Source of the DNA: a virus
Length of the DNA stretch: 64,000 nt
Virus record (IMG/VR): IMGVR_UViG_3300030433_002667
Location: 470-64,469 of that record
Reading direction: 5' to 3' (one strand)
Shown: positions 17,509-25,433 of the stretch, piece after piece
Numbering within the stretch: position 1 is the stretch's first letter
Layout: each line of letters opens with the position of its first letter
Notes under the pieces: model-generated
Seen by the model: the letters and a program-made list of their open reading frames with translations, nothing else
The model's database searches: none
Told to the model about the DNA's origin: nothing
Made by a program: the position numbers and the translations under genes

Positions 17509-18901
17509 TTACGAATGCGTACACAAGTATCCTATCCTAAAGGGATACTTAGAGCACTACAATCAGGTTAGTAGGAACAATGAGATTCCGGGCCTGTTGT
17601 CGTTCTTCTTCGTACAGGGTCAGGCAGCCATACCATATGTGCGCATCCCTGTAGGGGCAAGTAATCTTGACCCACGTGTAAGCGTGTTCTGGATTCAGGA
17701 TACAAGAACAGGTAAGTCAGCAGCATATCAGGTGATTGAACGTGTTTTAGAAGAATCAGGTTTGAACAGTGTCGATTACAATTCAGGTAATGATGCTGCA
17801 TTGGTGGGTACACTTGTCCCTGACCCCGATGACCCTCAGAATGCAACCATTGTCAGAGAAGGTATACTTGCTGGCCGTAAAGGTCTGAACTTTGATGAAG
17901 GGAGCGTACTGCTAAAGACTGGTCAACACAATGAGAACACCACCCTATTCCTACAGAGTGCACTGAACTCTGCAGGAACTGGTAGAAACATGCTGGTTAA
18001 GCACATGGCTCGTGAGACATTTGAAATCAAATCTGAGGTGTCCCTATGGATTACCACTTACCCACCTAAGGGTATCAAAGAGCACGTTCTTGACAAGGGT
18101 ATCTTCCAGCGTGTCTTGACTTATTGGCGCAACTGGACTCTTGAGATGAAGCGTGAGATTGCGCACGAGTTGGCAGGAGCCGTTCACAATAAGCCCGACT
18201 ATACAGTTTCTTTCGACAAGGTTGTCGAGTATTTCGTTGACCTACAGAAGAACCTCAAGAATAGAGTCCTTCACTTAACGGGCCTATCGAATATGGAATG
18301 GGAAGATATGGCCAGAGATGACCAAGAGACAGTTGTGATGGGCATCATGAACTCCCTCTTCAATATCGACCAATCCTATATCCCAGCACTGATATCCGCA
18401 ATTGACGAATACTACCATCTCATTGAGAACATGGACCCTGAGAAGCAAGGTGTCTGTGCATCGTTCATCATGGGATTACAGAATTATACCAATGTCCTCG
18501 CTCATCACATGGCGATGATTGAAGGGACTTGGACAGTTCGTGGAGACCACGTAGACATGGCTAAGGAAATCCTCTATGACTTGTATCAGAATCTGATTCA
18601 CTGGCTTGAGTCCGAGGTCAAGGTTGGTCAACAAGGTAGTGAGAAGAAGGCTATGCAAGGCCTATGGAAGAGTGCCTATGACCGCTGTGAACGCTATGAC
18701 TTTGATGACAGGCGTGGTATCGGATGGGGTAAGAAGAGCGACATCATGAAGGCATTCGGTGAACTTGCTAACCTGAATAGCAAGAGTTCAATCAATTCCA
18801 AATACAACGATTTCGGAGCAAGGATGTTTGAAGAAACTCGTGAAGGAGTCCGTATATACATTCGACTGAGACCCGACCACCAAAGCAAAGGAGGGAAGTG
18901 A
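17486..18901 (+). CDS. Divergent AAA+ ATPase, probably MCM-like replicative helicase
   Basis: Walker-A-like QDTRTGKS, Walker B LNFDEG, Arg-finger-like GIFQR, C-terminal wHTH-like region; located next to the primase. Confidence 0.5.
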   Translation: MMEHRADNYECVHKYPILKGYLEHYNQVSRNNEIPGLLSFFFVQGQAAIPYVRIPVGASNLDPRVSVFWIQDTRTGKSAAYQVIERVLEESGLNSVDYNSGNDAALVGTLVPDPDDPQNATIVREGILAGRKGLNFDEGSVLLKTGQHNENTTLFLQSALNSAGTGRNMLVKHMARETFEIKSEVSLWITTYPPKGIKEHVLDKGIFQRVLTYWRNWTLEMKREIAHELAGAVHNKPDYTVSFDKVVEYFVDLQKNLKNRVLHLTGLSNMEWEDMARDDQETVVMGIMNSLFNIDQSYIPALISAIDEYYHLIENMDPEKQGVCASFIMGLQNYTNVLAHHMAMIEGTWTVRGDHVDMAKEILYDLYQNLIHWLESEVKVGQQGSEKKAMQGLWKSAYDRCERYDFDDRRGIGWGKKSDIMKAFGELANLNSKSSINSKYNDFGARMFEETREGVRIYIRLRPDHQSKGGK

Positions 18902-19044
18902 TGCAGGGTGTATGGAAAGTCTTTGAGTGCCAATTCTGTCACCACAGAATCATCAAGTACACGCAACGAGGAGTCATCAAATCCAACATTTGTGAAATCT
19001 GCGAAACACGTGCTAAATTCCATGTCGCCGAATACGTCTGTTGA
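18901..19044 (+). CDS. 47-aa zinc-ribbon microprotein (not in the ORF track)
   Basis: MQGVWKVFECQFCHHRIIKYTQRGVIKSNICEICETRAKFHVAEYVC; the start overlaps the helicase TGA and follows GGAGGG. Confidence 0.7.
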   Translation: MQGVWKVFECQFCHHRIIKYTQRGVIKSNICEICETRAKFHVAEYVC

Positions 19045-19165
19045 ATGTGTATTTTGTCAATCAATGATAGGAAGAGACATAGGAGGGTTCGTCGTGGGCA
19101 AGCGTGGTAAGAGGATAATTGCGATATGCGATTGGTGCAAAATGTGTGCGGAGGATAAGAAATGA
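19022..19165 (+). CDS. 47-aa zinc-finger microprotein (ClpX-ZBD-like Cys spacing)
   Basis: MSPNTSVECVFC...GGFVVG...ICDWC; this is the 3' part of track ORF 18908-19165 and is coupled to the next gene by ATGA. Confidence 0.55.
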   Translation: MSPNTSVECVFCQSMIGRDIGGFVVGKRGKRIIAICDWCKMCAEDKK

Positions 19166-19770
19166 CTAACATGCTTGCGCTTGATATTGAGACCGCCAAC
19201 TTCTCACATGAGATAGGCGGCTGGGGTCAGAACCATCTCTTTGAGCCGTCTGTAGTTGCGACTTGGGATGGTGACCAAGGGGTAGTATACTGTAATGAAA
19301 AGGTATCAAAGTACCTCCCGGAAGGCACTGTCATCAAGGCATTGCATCCCAAAACCATTGGTGATGACCTCGCAGAACATGTAGCGAAGGGAGGTATGGT
19401 ATTGGGTCACAATCTGAAAATGTTCGACCTACCTATCATCCGTGACGCACTTGACTGCTGGACAGCCAGAGACATTCTTTCCAAGGGAGATGAGCAGATA
19501 TTCGATACTTCTGCCCTCCTGAAAAATATAACCGGGCATGCGGTTCCATTGTCGGATGCATGCTATCACACTCTAAGTAAGGGTAAACTCATGCAGAGTC
19601 ATGATGCTCCCGTCGAATGGCGAAGAGGTAATTACAGCAAAGTGGCTGAGTATTGCCTCAAAGATGCGGAATTGGTTTATGAACTATGGCGTCACGGCGT
19701 AGATGAGGGTTTTGTGAAAGCAAGATGTAGAAACTCTGGCTTAGTCAAAGAATTTGAGGTGGACTGGTAA
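19162..19770 (+). CDS. DEDD / RNase H-like 3'-5' exonuclease
   Basis: LALDIET, GHNLKMFDLP, EYCLKDAEL. Confidence 0.85.
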   Translation: MTNMLALDIETANFSHEIGGWGQNHLFEPSVVATWDGDQGVVYCNEKVSKYLPEGTVIKALHPKTIGDDLAEHVAKGGMVLGHNLKMFDLPIIRDALDCWTARDILSKGDEQIFDTSALLKNITGHAVPLSDACYHTLSKGKLMQSHDAPVEWRRGNYSKVAEYCLKDAELVYELWRHGVDEGFVKARCRNSGLVKEFEVDW

Positions 19771-19800
19771 TGTCTACTTTAACCAAAGAGAGGGAACAAT

Positions 19801-21297
19801 ATGAACGATACCGAAGGAAGCATTAGTGCAGTAGTGCACAATATTAGAGCAGCAAAGCGAACCGTCAACACAGTGAAGACTACACTGGGTCCGATGGGAA
19901 TGGATAAAATGATGGTAGATGGTGGTGGCAATGTGATTGTCACCAACGATGGTGCCACCATTTTACAAGAATTAGACATAACCCACCCTGCGGCCAAAAT
20001 GTTGGTCGAGGCAGCAAACACTCAGGAGAGCATTTGCTATGATGGGACCACTAGTACAGTAGTGCTGGCAGGAGAGTTCCTCGGGAACAGTGAACTCCTG
20101 TTCAACAAGGGACTTCATGCAAATGTTGTCTGCAGGGGTTTCCGTAAGGCCAGTCGGTGGGCAACTGACCACTTGGATACATTGACCTTTGATTCTACAG
20201 AACATCTTCAACACGTAGCCAAGACTTCAATCACAGGGAAAGCGCTGGAATCCAGTATGGACCATGTCAGCCAACTCTGCGTAGATGCAGTAAAGAATGC
20301 TGAGGGTGATTACGAGCGTATACGTGTCCTCTGTCAGCCCGGAGGCTCACTGGATGATTCATCGTGCTTTAGTGGGGTAGTTTTGCACAAGGAGTTCATG
20401 TTGCCTGCTATGCCACTGGTTCCGCATGGGAAAGCACTCGTTATCAACACCGGTCTGAGTGACAGCAAATCGGATGACAATGTCCAACTGAATCTAGGCT
20501 CTGCTGCTGAATATCAACAATACAAGCGACAGACAGGTCGAGATAATTGGGTAGAGAAATCACAGGCAATCGCTTCACTTTTGCCAGAAGGTGGTGTTGT
20601 CTTCGTTAGGGACACCGTGAACGAAGTTGTCGCCGCTATGCTCACCAAGGCCAACATTAGCGTCGTTCATCGCCTACCTGAGAGCGATATTACTGCCCTG
20701 TGTAAACTACTCGGTACAACTGCCGCCCACAGCCCAGATGACCTATCCGAAGCCGTAGACTGCGATGTCGAATGCAAGACGATTGGAGACATGAAGTATG
20801 TTGTAGTCAAGGGAGAAGGCGAAGTTACCACTCTGATTCTCAGAGGTGCAACCAAGCAGACCCTTGATGAGACTGAGCGTGGATTTGAAGATGCACTCGG
20901 TGTAGTTTGTCTCGCCTATCAGAATGGTAAGGTAGTAGCAGGAGGAGGTAGCGCATACCTAAGCGCAGCACTACATCTGCGCTCTCGTGCAGCAGAGGCT
21001 GGCGGTCGTGAACAGATGGCCATCGATGCCTTCGCAGATGCATTAGAGGCTATTCCTGCTACCATTGCAGAGAATGCAGGGCACGACCCACTGGACACTG
21101 TACTAACTCTCAGGAATGAACATCAGCAGGGCAACAGTGACATGGGACCTGACATTGAGAATGGTGGAGCATGCTCCATGGTAGACTCGGATGTATGGGA
21201 ACCGTTGGAATTGGTCAAGCAGGCTATTCAATCCGCAGCAGAGGTCACTATCAGTATCCTACGCATTGATGACATTATTGGAAAGCGTGGTGAGTAG
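19801..21297 (+). CDS. ths: Group II chaperonin (thermosome-like)
   Basis: TTLGPMGMDKM, VTNDGATIL, DGTTS (as YDGTTS), RGAT...DETER..EDAL, final LRIDDII; lid-like segment present. Confidence 0.95.
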   Translation: MNDTEGSISAVVHNIRAAKRTVNTVKTTLGPMGMDKMMVDGGGNVIVTNDGATILQELDITHPAAKMLVEAANTQESICYDGTTSTVVLAGEFLGNSELLFNKGLHANVVCRGFRKASRWATDHLDTLTFDSTEHLQHVAKTSITGKALESSMDHVSQLCVDAVKNAEGDYERIRVLCQPGGSLDDSSCFSGVVLHKEFMLPAMPLVPHGKALVINTGLSDSKSDDNVQLNLGSAAEYQQYKRQTGRDNWVEKSQAIASLLPEGGVVFVRDTVNEVVAAMLTKANISVVHRLPESDITALCKLLGTTAAHSPDDLSEAVDCDVECKTIGDMKYVVVKGEGEVTTLILRGATKQTLDETERGFEDALGVVCLAYQNGKVVAGGGSAYLSAALHLRSRAAEAGGREQMAIDAFADALEAIPATIAENAGHDPLDTVLTLRNEHQQGNSDMGPDIENGGACSMVDSDVWEPLELVKQAIQSAAEVTISILRIDDIIGKRGE

Positions 21298-21426
21298 ATG
21301 GATTGTGACGTATGCGGTAGGGCTAATGCCGAAAGTGTAGGGCTAATGTGTGGAGAATATAGGGCATGCGTAATATGCATATCTTCTCTAGTAGCAGATG
21401 CAGTGTTAGCGAAAGAGCCTAACTAA
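21298..21426 (+). CDS. 42-aa zinc-finger microprotein (not in the ORF track)
   Basis: MDCDVCGRANAESVGLMCGEYRACVICISSLVADAVLAKEPN; ATG directly follows the chaperonin TAG. It is the last gene of the + block. Confidence 0.65.
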   Translation: MDCDVCGRANAESVGLMCGEYRACVICISSLVADAVLAKEPN

Positions 21427-21676
21427 GTTTCTCAGCCATTTGCCTGAGATAATGGGAAAGGCGGCCATTAGCCCTCTTAGATACAGGCGAACGCTTCCTT
21501 TTGCGCACACCTTTGAAGCCCAGTTGGCCATGGAATCGAAGGTATCCGCAGAAAGAGCATTCGTGTAGAACTGCGGGCTCTCCACTGATATAGCGACCTG
21601 ATATTGAGCGAGGTAGTGCAGTCTTACTACAGTTCTCACACTTCTGCTTGAGCATGTCGATGAGTCTACCCATCAA
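21419..21676 (-). CDS. Zinc-ribbon protein with basic tail
   Basis: CENC...CSFC plus RKRKR; last gene of the - block. Confidence 0.7.
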   Translation of the reverse strand: MMGRLIDMLKQKCENCSKTALPRSISGRYISGEPAVLHECSFCGYLRFHGQLGFKGVRKRKRSPVSKRANGRLSHYLRQMAEKLS

Positions 21677-22830
21677 CTCACCACATGCAAGTCCAACTTA
21701 TGCCAGTTGGTCCCATCATAGACGAATTTACCGTAATTGGTGATAGCGACGTTGACGTTGATACCAGCACTGTCGAAGTGGAGGGTATGGCCACCAGCCG
21801 GATGGTATACCTCTATGGTATGACCCGGTGGGAAATTACCACTGGGGTTGATGGTGCGAGCCGCATCAGTAGTCACTATCCATATATTGGCTTGGTCGAA
21901 GGTAAAGGTTAGATTACCTGTAGTAGTAATCACCTTGACTTCATCAATAAGTCGATAGGTGTGAGTATCAGGGGTACTATCCAAACTCTGAGGCACAGCA
22001 GCATATAGCATACCGTGAGCATCAGGAGTATGACTCATCCATAGCGCACTCATAGCAGTATCAGCGAAATTACCACTCTCAGGAGCGGCATACATGTTGT
22101 CTAAGTCAGTATGAGAATCCACTGCATTGGCCGGGTCTACGTTACCCACACCTCCCTTGGTTAACGGACTCATATACATGGGACTGGTTCTAACAAAAGT
22201 TCGCCTATCGTGAACAATTGGAGTGGTATTCAATGAGGTAGTGACAGTACCTGCCCCACCTGTCATCGTGTATCTGAGGACTGCTATAACAGTCGTTTGG
22301 TGAATGAGAGATGTCCCTGCACTTGGGTCAGAGAGGAAGACATTGGGGATGAGTGGTGTACCCAGTGAAGTCTCCTTCGGAGTCCCCATTTCGTACCTCA
22401 AGTGAGCCTCAGGGCTGCTACGAGAATCTAGGTAAACTACTACGTAAACATCACTGGTTGCTGCAGGAACAGCCGGTAGTTCGCCACTATGGTTAGCACC
22501 TGCTCCTGTAGTTCCTACAACGAAAGTCTCGTGACTACCGGGCCCTCCAGCGAATGTATAGAGCATACCATCAATGACACAATATCCACCATATACCTTG
22601 ATTTCTCCTTGAGAAGCGCCGACTTCTAAGAATCCCGGAGTCCCTACAGCCAGTGAATTTCTCAGGGAATCGCCTGAGGCTGTAGATTCAAGTCGGAAAA
22701 TACCGTTTCCGTGTATACCTTCGTAGAGATTGGTCAAACTGGGGCTACTTAGCCCATCACCGTCTCTTAATCCTTGGGCATTTGTTCCCATGGCCGTTGC
22801 GCTCGTATGTCCTGCTAATGGATTTGTCAT
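21673..22830 (-). CDS. Tail fibre / receptor-binding-like virion protein
   Basis: Gly/Thr-rich; N-terminal G...I.G segment like upper-baseplate domains; C-terminal beta domain ending FVYDGTNW; GAGGTGA RBS. Confidence 0.55.
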   Translation of the reverse strand: MTNPLAGHTSATAMGTNAQGLRDGDGLSSPSLTNLYEGIHGNGIFRLESTASGDSLRNSLAVGTPGFLEVGASQGEIKVYGGYCVIDGMLYTFAGGPGSHETFVVGTTGAGANHSGELPAVPAATSDVYVVVYLDSRSSPEAHLRYEMGTPKETSLGTPLIPNVFLSDPSAGTSLIHQTTVIAVLRYTMTGGAGTVTTSLNTTPIVHDRRTFVRTSPMYMSPLTKGGVGNVDPANAVDSHTDLDNMYAAPESGNFADTAMSALWMSHTPDAHGMLYAAVPQSLDSTPDTHTYRLIDEVKVITTTGNLTFTFDQANIWIVTTDAARTINPSGNFPPGHTIEVYHPAGGHTLHFDSAGINVNVAITNYGKFVYDGTNWHKLDLHVVS

Positions 22831-23183
22831 GCATTCACCTCAATTATTGTCGAAAAGTGGACTTCGTTGTTGGTAGTCTTGTTCAGAGAGTTGTATGTAT
22901 AGCGGAAAAATGTAGTTGTGTCAGTCGAATCGTTTGGATTCTTGTATTGGATAACGACCTCACGTAAAGGCTGCGTGAAGGATGTATCTAACGATAGTTG
23001 CGCTTCGACCAATAGGGAATTATCGTCCAATACTCTGACTTTGGGCGTGACTGTGATGGCCGGTTTACCAATTCCACCATCACTCTGTGTAGCGACTGTT
23101 CCGTCAAAGCCAAAGACAACTTCGTTGATACGACTCTTCAGCATATCGACCATATACCTCGTTCCTTCATTCAATAGTGGCAA
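22827..23183 (-). CDS. Small baseplate / tail-fibre attachment protein
   Basis: G.DGT.A...D.G, LREVVI and C-terminal beta strands resemble tail-fibre N-terminal adaptor modules; position fits. Confidence 0.45.
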   Translation of the reverse strand: MPLLNEGTRYMVDMLKSRINEVVFGFDGTVATQSDGGIGKPAITVTPKVRVLDDNSLLVEAQLSLDTSFTQPLREVVIQYKNPNDSTDTTTFFRYTYNSLNKTTNNEVHFSTIIEVNA

Positions 23184-23184
23184 A

Positions 23185-24837
23185 TCATCCTCTCCTGTTC
23201 CTCAAATACTTCCCTTGTGCGAATCCTAATTTCAGATGTGCGTTGTTCGCCTCTGGATAGGACGAAGTCGCCTGAATCTTCAACTCTTCGTTGTCCAAAA
23301 CTAGGTCATGGCTGGCTAATGTGATGGTCACGTTGGTAGGAGTTGAACTCTGAACATGTCCAATCTTACTACCATTAGAGCGGTAAACTTCTACTCCTGC
23401 AGTGAATACACTGTTGGCCGCTGTCCCATCCGTAGTAAACGAAGTAGTACCTACTGGATATCCACCAGCGTTGTTAATCAATACCCCTGTAGACCTAAGT
23501 CTCCTCGCTCCATTGATTTCGCTGCGAGCAACTTGACCAATGATTAGGCCTACGCCTCTATTCATGTTCTCACGGGTACTAATTGTCCAAGTTGATTTGA
23601 TATTGAAGCCAAATGATGTGCTGAACTCCTCTACAGAAAACTGTCTATTTCTCTCATATCCATCATCGAAACTTCCGCTGACATCAACCTCTTGGAACCT
23701 TTGAATTACATCTTCCAGAGTCGATTCGACACTATTGATATGCAAATCTGTACTTCTTGAGTTCAGGTCATATTTAGCACTCAGAATGACCTTGCGAGTA
23801 GTATCGTCCTTGGAAATGTAAGTGACAGCATCGCCCGGATGGATATGAGTTGCCGCCTTTACATCATTTAATCGCCTACTACCTACGGCATTCTTAGCCA
23901 TCGAAAGGACCTTTCTCCCTATCTGACGTGCACTGGCCTTAGTCACTGCCGTAGGGACATGGATGCCACCCGGTATCTCGTTTACTGATGTCGACTGCGC
24001 TCCTAAATCATCGACTTGGACCACATTGGCGTCATTGTTGGCTCTTGGTTTTCCTCTAACGACTACCCGGTTAGGTAAACTATCACTTTGGTCACTGTCG
24101 CTTCCTCCAGCCACTTGGCTATCAGTAATCATGTGCTCTCTGCGATACTGTCTCTGAGAGGAATAGTGTATATTCCCAAACTGGTCACCTTTGGTCAGAT
24201 GCGAATCATGCTTGGAAATGTATCGTAACGCACTAACTGCATCTACACCGTAGAAATCATGCGCAATAAAGGTAGAACTTGGAGTATTGATGACCACCCC
24301 ATTGATTGAACTGGTGGTAGCATTGAGAATTCTACTGGCCAAATCAGAAGTCCTTAGACCAACGCCTACCTTTTGCGAAATATGAACCGTTTTGTTGGTA
24401 AATCCAATCTGGGCCAGTTCTTTCCCTTTGATGTTCTCAATTCGATAGCGAGTTCCTTTACCCGCATCCTCAATCTTAGATGGAGCCAGTAGTTGACGGA
24501 TATCATCTGCACCTACGAATAGTGCAGGAAGAGTAGAAGCGGTACTGACCTTATCGTCAGAGGAATAGATGGCACCTTCGTATCGGTGGCCATCGCTTGG
24601 ATTGTGAAGCAAACGGACAGTATCCTCTTCTTCAATGAGACGATACTTGCGGTCATGGGTAGGGAGGAAATCGCTTTGTGTAGGTTTGTCTACTACGAAA
24701 CCACCTTGCTTTTTGGAATAAACACCGTGCCTTACAGCATTATCCACGAATCGAGGCTTACGTATCCTCTTCATAATTGGCGTCTGGGAAGCATCAAAGC
24801 GACCAGTTGCAAGATTCTTACCTAGTGCCATACTCAC
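23185..24837 (-). CDS. Baseplate hub / Tal-like protein
   Basis: DQFGNIHY, NRVVVRG and ARQIGRKVL resemble hub-fold segments; carries one copy of the shared DG...VYxSxG module near the C-terminus. Confidence 0.5.
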   Translation of the reverse strand: MSMALGKNLATGRFDASQTPIMKRIRKPRFVDNAVRHGVYSKKQGGFVVDKPTQSDFLPTHDRKYRLIEEEDTVRLLHNPSDGHRYEGAIYSSDDKVSTASTLPALFVGADDIRQLLAPSKIEDAGKGTRYRIENIKGKELAQIGFTNKTVHISQKVGVGLRTSDLASRILNATTSSINGVVINTPSSTFIAHDFYGVDAVSALRYISKHDSHLTKGDQFGNIHYSSQRQYRREHMITDSQVAGGSDSDQSDSLPNRVVVRGKPRANNDANVVQVDDLGAQSTSVNEIPGGIHVPTAVTKASARQIGRKVLSMAKNAVGSRRLNDVKAATHIHPGDAVTYISKDDTTRKVILSAKYDLNSRSTDLHINSVESTLEDVIQRFQEVDVSGSFDDGYERNRQFSVEEFSTSFGFNIKSTWTISTRENMNRGVGLIIGQVARSEINGARRLRSTGVLINNAGGYPVGTTSFTTDGTAANSVFTAGVEVYRSNGSKIGHVQSSTPTNVTITLASHDLVLDNEELKIQATSSYPEANNAHLKLGFAQGKYLRNRRG

Positions 24838-24840
24838 TCC

Positions 24841-25428
24841 TCAATCATTCACGAATGGGTCATCCCAAGGTTCCATTCCTAGTTCTTCTTCTTTCCAACG
24901 CCTGATTTGGTCATAACTCGGCATTTCATTTCTCGGTGGAATTATGCGTCCACCTGCCCATACGGTCGGTAGCCTTACCTGTCGCTCTTCAGGAATAGTT
25001 TCAGTAGTTCCAAAGGCTTCTAAATCAGGCGTTTCATCTTTACCAGTATAAGCACGACCAGCCGGACTATTTCCTGACCACCCTACATCCTCATAATCTC
25101 GTGAGATAGGCCCCCTTATACCTACTATGCGTCGAGGGCGACCGCCCCAATCACCAGCACCATACTTACTCCATTCCCTAGAAAGTCCCTCCGCTGCCGT
25201 TTGTGCATCAGGTCCACTCCACATCCATGTTAGTGCTCTAGGTGCGGAACGATGTATTTGTCTGAAATAACCACGGAGTTTTCTAGGCTCAATAGGTCCA
25301 CGAGGGTCATCAGCAGGTGCCGAGCGCCAAGCAGTAACCGGACCATGAGGACTAGGAAAATCAGGATGGAACTCACCAAGCGTAGTCTGACGCTTCAGTA
25401 TCATCCAAGCCTCATCCATCGGTGTCAT
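24841..25428 (-). CDS. Protein with AW-x-x-LK leader; possible ADP-ribosyltransferase fold
   Basis: Leader MTPMDEAWMILK-R (ATG 25428; track start GTG 25437). VTAWR...TWMWS+helix...IVGIRG...LEAF...IPEE follows the ART strand order. Inserted between tail genes. Confidence 0.4.
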   Translation of the reverse strand: MTPMDEAWMILKRQTTLGEFHPDFPSPHGPVTAWRSAPADDPRGPIEPRKLRGYFRQIHRSAPRALTWMWSGPDAQTAAEGLSREWSKYGAGDWGGRPRRIVGIRGPISRDYEDVGWSGNSPAGRAYTGKDETPDLEAFGTTETIPEERQVRLPTVWAGGRIIPPRNEMPSYDQIRRWKEEELGMEPWDDPFVND

Positions 25429-25433
25429 GCGCC

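Noticed and set aside
18908-19021. N-terminal half of track ORF 18908-19165
   Set aside because: The same bases encode a more convincing CxxC...CxxC protein in another frame (18901-19044). Only the part from ATG 19022 is kept.
19770-19826. 18-codon ORF MSTLTKEREQYERYRRKH overlapping the chaperonin start
   Set aside because: Too short and better explained as promoter/RBS sequence; no independent support.
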